A stretch of DNA of 39,619 nucleotides from positions 1-39,619 of IMG/VR virus record IMGVR_UViG_3300048886_001068; one strand, given 5' to 3'. Both the position numbers and the translations under genes were made by a program. Within the stretch, counting starts at the first letter, position 1. Every line of letters starts with the position of its first letter. The notes beneath the pieces are model-generated. The model was not told the DNA's origin, ran no database searches, and saw only the letters and a program-made list of their open reading frames with translations. Positions 36,895-39,619 of this stretch are shown here, one piece after another. Source of the stretch: a virus (taxonomy: Duplodnaviria > Caudoviricetes).

Positions 36895-37350
36895 TAAAGG
36901 GAGTACTAGGTAACTGGTACACCCTTAAAGGCTGTCGTTGACAGCATAAGAACACTCACTCAGGGTAAGCAATCCAACTTGACCGGAAGGAAAATAGTTG
37001 CAACTTGTCCCTTTTGTGTTCTTTCTATTCCCTTTTGAAAGGTATAGTGACATATATCCCACTATATTAGGGTCAATCCCTAAGGATGGACAAATCTTTT
37101 AAGATTTTATAGGTTGAAGTAATTTTTTTTGTGCTTTTATTACGCAAAAAGAATTATTGGTACACATTACCACATATTACCACATTATACCACATAATAG
37201 TTTTTGTGGTACATAATAAATATATAGCTATCATAAGAGGTATAGGCACTTCGGGTAGAGAGTGAGTGTTGTTATTCTAGTTTCTACCTAATAGGTAATG
37301 ACACCTCTTATACTCTTATGTATAGTTATTCTCTCTGTATAGAGAATAGG
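36895..37350 (+). ncRNA. candidate large structured RNA or structured origin/leader
   Basis: About ten consecutive stems containing G-U pairs and GNRA loops; no ORF of 60 aa or more in the region. Confidence 0.45.
37160..37212 (+). repeat. short tandem repeats of TACCACA with one inverted copy
   Basis: tacacat taccacatat taccacatta taccacataat ... tgtggta. Confidence 0.8.
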
Positions 37351-37382
37351 CATAGTAACCACAACATTAAAAATTTAAAGAC

Positions 37383-37658
37383 ATGAAAGTATTTGGATAT
37401 AATCGTAAAGGTTTTTTATACATTGATACAGGTTCTCATCTTATCTCTCAACAAGTTAGTTCAGATGCATCAAATATGCTGAACAAGTATTCTACTCTTA
37501 AAGAGTTTGAGAACTATGATGTAGCTGCTAGCATTTATTATAAAGAAAAAGACTTGCAAAGGAAAGAAGCATATCATAAGAGTCAGATTGATCATAAAGG
37601 TTTAGTTGTGATAGATGAATTTGATAATGAAGAATATTTAAATGAAAAAGGCATATGA
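37383..37658 (+). CDS. hypothetical protein (putative early gene)
   Basis: 91-aa ORF with A-rich start region, overlapping the next gene (ATGA). Confidence 0.7.
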   Translation: MKVFGYNRKGFLYIDTGSHLISQQVSSDASNMLNKYSTLKEFENYDVAASIYYKEKDLQRKEAYHKSQIDHKGLVVIDEFDNEEYLNEKGI

Positions 37659-37933
37659 TAGGTACACAATATATAATGAGACTAAGTAAACTAAGTCTTA
37701 TATTAATAGATGAGCAATCAGAAGGAGAAAGGTATAAATTAGAAGTGATTGCAGTATCAGGAGAATATGAAGAGGTTATAGATATGCATATGGGTACACA
37801 TTTTGATTGCATTATGTTTGCAATAGCACAGTTCACACCAGGAGAATTTGAATTAGGTGGTGAGTATAGTGATGAAGATATGGAGAGTTATCGTGCAGAG
37901 GGAAGGAATCCATGTTATTTTTGTATGAATTAA
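37655..37933 (+). CDS. hypothetical acidic protein
   Basis: 92 aa, C-terminal CYFC; coupled to the upstream ORF. Confidence 0.65.
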   Translation: MIGTQYIMRLSKLSLILIDEQSEGERYKLEVIAVSGEYEEVIDMHMGTHFDCIMFAIAQFTPGEFELGGEYSDEDMESYRAEGRNPCYFCMN

Positions 37934-37945
37934 ATAATTAATAGA

Positions 37946-38152
37946 ATGAAGAAAAGATATTTAGTAGTACAAATAGGTTGCATAGAATGTGGTGTTAACT
38001 CATATCCAATAGCAGTTGTAAGCACCAAAAAGGAAGCAAAAAAGATAAAAGAAAATCATCCATCTACTTGGGATACTGAAGGGGGAGATGGTTATGTAAC
38101 TATATGGGACTTAAGAGAAGTAAACAAGCACATACATAAAGATATAAAATAA
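37946..38152 (+). CDS. hypothetical protein with CxxC
   Basis: 68 aa, IGCIECG; stop overlaps the next ATG. Confidence 0.65.
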   Translation: MKKRYLVVQIGCIECGVNSYPIAVVSTKKEAKKIKENHPSTWDTEGGDGYVTIWDLREVNKHIHKDIK

Positions 38153-38442
38153 TGGCCAAGTTAACTAAGAAACAGAAACGTAGTATTCGTAGGAAAGTAG
38201 CTAAAGAGTTAGGTGTCTATCCTCCTAAGCATAGTATTCATAAGAGTAAGAAGGCATATACTCGTAAGAATAAGCATAAGAAAGATGATGATGAGATGAA
38301 GAAGGCTCTTATAGATTCTATTAGACAAAATAATGCTCCAACAACTGTAGGTACACCAAGTCCTAATTGGTTATATAAAGAAAAAACAAAACCATCATTA
38401 TGGTATGGTGAAACAACAGGTAATATATTAAATAACAAATAG
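38152..38442 (+). CDS. highly basic hypothetical protein
   Basis: 96 aa; K/R-rich N-terminus including HKSKKAYTRKNKHK. Confidence 0.7.
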   Translation: MAKLTKKQKRSIRRKVAKELGVYPPKHSIHKSKKAYTRKNKHKKDDDEMKKALIDSIRQNNAPTTVGTPSPNWLYKEKTKPSLWYGETTGNILNNK

Positions 38443-38444
38443 AA

Positions 38445-38870
38445 ATGAAAGATAGATTAAGTAAAGACATGCTAAAGAAGTTAAAGAATATTGGTAAGCA
38501 AGGAGATAAAACTAAAAAGAAACCATCACATGATAAATTAGGTGGAAATCTAAAAGATGTACATATGAGAGAGGATAATAAGAATACAAAAAGATTTCTT
38601 AAAGCTCAACAGGTAGAGTATAAAATCAATAAAGATATTGCTGAGAACTATAGGCATTGGCAAGCAACAGCAATAGATGATTATAATCTTAATCCATTTG
38701 GTTGGGATGTATTTAGTATGACTAAAGAACAATTAGTTACTACATTAGGTCATTGTTATCATACTATGAAACATATTCATAGTAAATACTTAAAGACAGA
38801 AGAAGGTAGAAAAGAAGAAGAGCATTATAATAAAATAAAGAAAGAAATAGAAGATGATAACAAAAGTTAA
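38445..38870 (+). CDS. hypothetical protein
   Basis: 141-aa ORF in a tightly packed plus-strand operon. Confidence 0.7.
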   Translation: MKDRLSKDMLKKLKNIGKQGDKTKKKPSHDKLGGNLKDVHMREDNKNTKRFLKAQQVEYKINKDIAENYRHWQATAIDDYNLNPFGWDVFSMTKEQLVTTLGHCYHTMKHIHSKYLKTEEGRKEEEHYNKIKKEIEDDNKS

Positions 38871-39039
38871 ACATATGTTAAGAAGATTTAAGAAATATAA
38901 ATTTATAATACATACAGAATACATACCTGTATTATCTGTAGGTATAGGATATTCTAATGGATGCATAGGTATAATACTACCATTCTTTGTATTATCTTTT
39001 GGATTTGTAAATAAATTAGATGATGACTTACTCTTTTAA
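38854..39039 (+). CDS. small hydrophobic hypothetical protein
   Basis: 61 aa with IPVLSVGIG...IGIILPFFVLSFGF; overlaps the upstream gene. Confidence 0.6.
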   Translation: MITKVKHMLRRFKKYKFIIHTEYIPVLSVGIGYSNGCIGIILPFFVLSFGFVNKLDDDLLF

Positions 39040-39049
39040 AAATATTACT

Positions 39050-39619
39050 ATGAAACTATTAAATCAATTTAAAAAATGGAGCAGTTATAAAGAAGATGAT
39101 GCATTATCACCAAGCATAAAATCATTAATCAGTAGGAAAGCACAGTTTAAAGGTAATAGTGTAAACTTATATACTATACATAATACAGATAATGTAACTG
39201 GAGTTCCATTAGAAGGTATTGTCTTAGATAATACTTATTATGGAGGGAGTGTATCACAGAAATATGATATAAATAATAAGGAAACTAATATAAAATATGA
39301 TATTAATCTTACTAGTCCTAAATGGTTAAGATCAAAGCTAATAGATTTTCATTTAATGAGATTTAATAATAAATGTCAACCTTTTAGTTGTCCATTAATA
39401 GTAGTAGATGCAAAAGATATATCAATAAATTTCACTGAGTATACATATGATATTTCATTAACAAAGAATTTACCTGGTTTACAATTTCAAGATAACATTG
39501 ATTGTATTAAAGAACTTACTAATCTAAGATATAAGTTAAGAGATGCAAGAAATATATTAAAAAATAATGATGTCAAAGACATCTTAAATATACTACAAGA
39601 AGATAGTATAAAAGAATTG
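39050..39619 (+). CDS. hypothetical protein (runs off the window edge; not in ORF track)
   Basis: Manual translation MKLLNQFKKWSSYKEDDALSPSIKSLISRK... open for 190 codons to the end of the window. Confidence 0.7.
   Translation, partial: MKLLNQFKKWSSYKEDDALSPSIKSLISRKAQFKGNSVNLYTIHNTDNVTGVPLEGIVLDNTYYGGSVSQKYDINNKETNIKYDINLTSPKWLRSKLIDFHLMRFNNKCQPFSCPLIVVDAKDISINFTEYTYDISLTKNLPGLQFQDNIDCIKELTNLRYKLRDARNILKNNDVKDILNILQEDSIKEL

Noticed and set aside
37160-37212. CRISPR mini-array
   Set aside because: Repeats are 7 nt with 3-nt gaps; no spacers.
3615-38732. Short antisense/alternate-frame ORFs in the track (e.g. 3615, 6373, 6590, 7322, 7850, 10736, 17944, 18840, 22320, 22432, 27243, 27457, 27778, 30747, 31030, 31866, 33998, 36488, 37528, 38238, 38550)
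   Set aside because: They overlap well-supported genes and have shadow-frame composition with no motifs.
1-39619. Stop-codon reassignment (TAG or TGA), known in some crAss-like phages
   Set aside because: Long genes are intact under code 11, and TAG (5070, 12361, 13038, 19386) and TGA (28355) end genes at sensible boundaries.

Overview
AT-rich segment of a crAss-like (Crassvirales-related) podophage genome, most likely infecting a Bacteroidota host (TAnnTTTG promoters, A-rich start regions without Shine-Dalgarno, a SprB repeat). It reads in the standard genetic code. Positions 1-36331 are a minus-strand late/structural block. In transcription order: a 2658-aa multi-domain 'polyvalent' protein, small genes, a putative L,D-peptidase lysin, wHTH and HU-like proteins, a Zn-binding protein, a PD-(D/E)xK nuclease, terminase, portal, scaffold, major capsid protein, head/ring proteins, a 2370-aa Cys-rich adhesin-like protein, further Cys-rich proteins, a metallophosphoesterase, an IHF-like protein and tail ring proteins. 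After a strand switch at about 36.3-36.5 kb come plus-strand small genes and a ~460-nt non-coding stretch made almost entirely of hairpins. The most notable features are (1) the 2658-aa protein, whose ART-like, kinase and zincin modules are separated by a repeated EGGELPKAQxG motif, suggesting a processed, virion-delivered effector polyprotein, and (2) the structured non-coding region at 36895-37350. All functional calls come from motifs and synteny read by eye; no searches were run.
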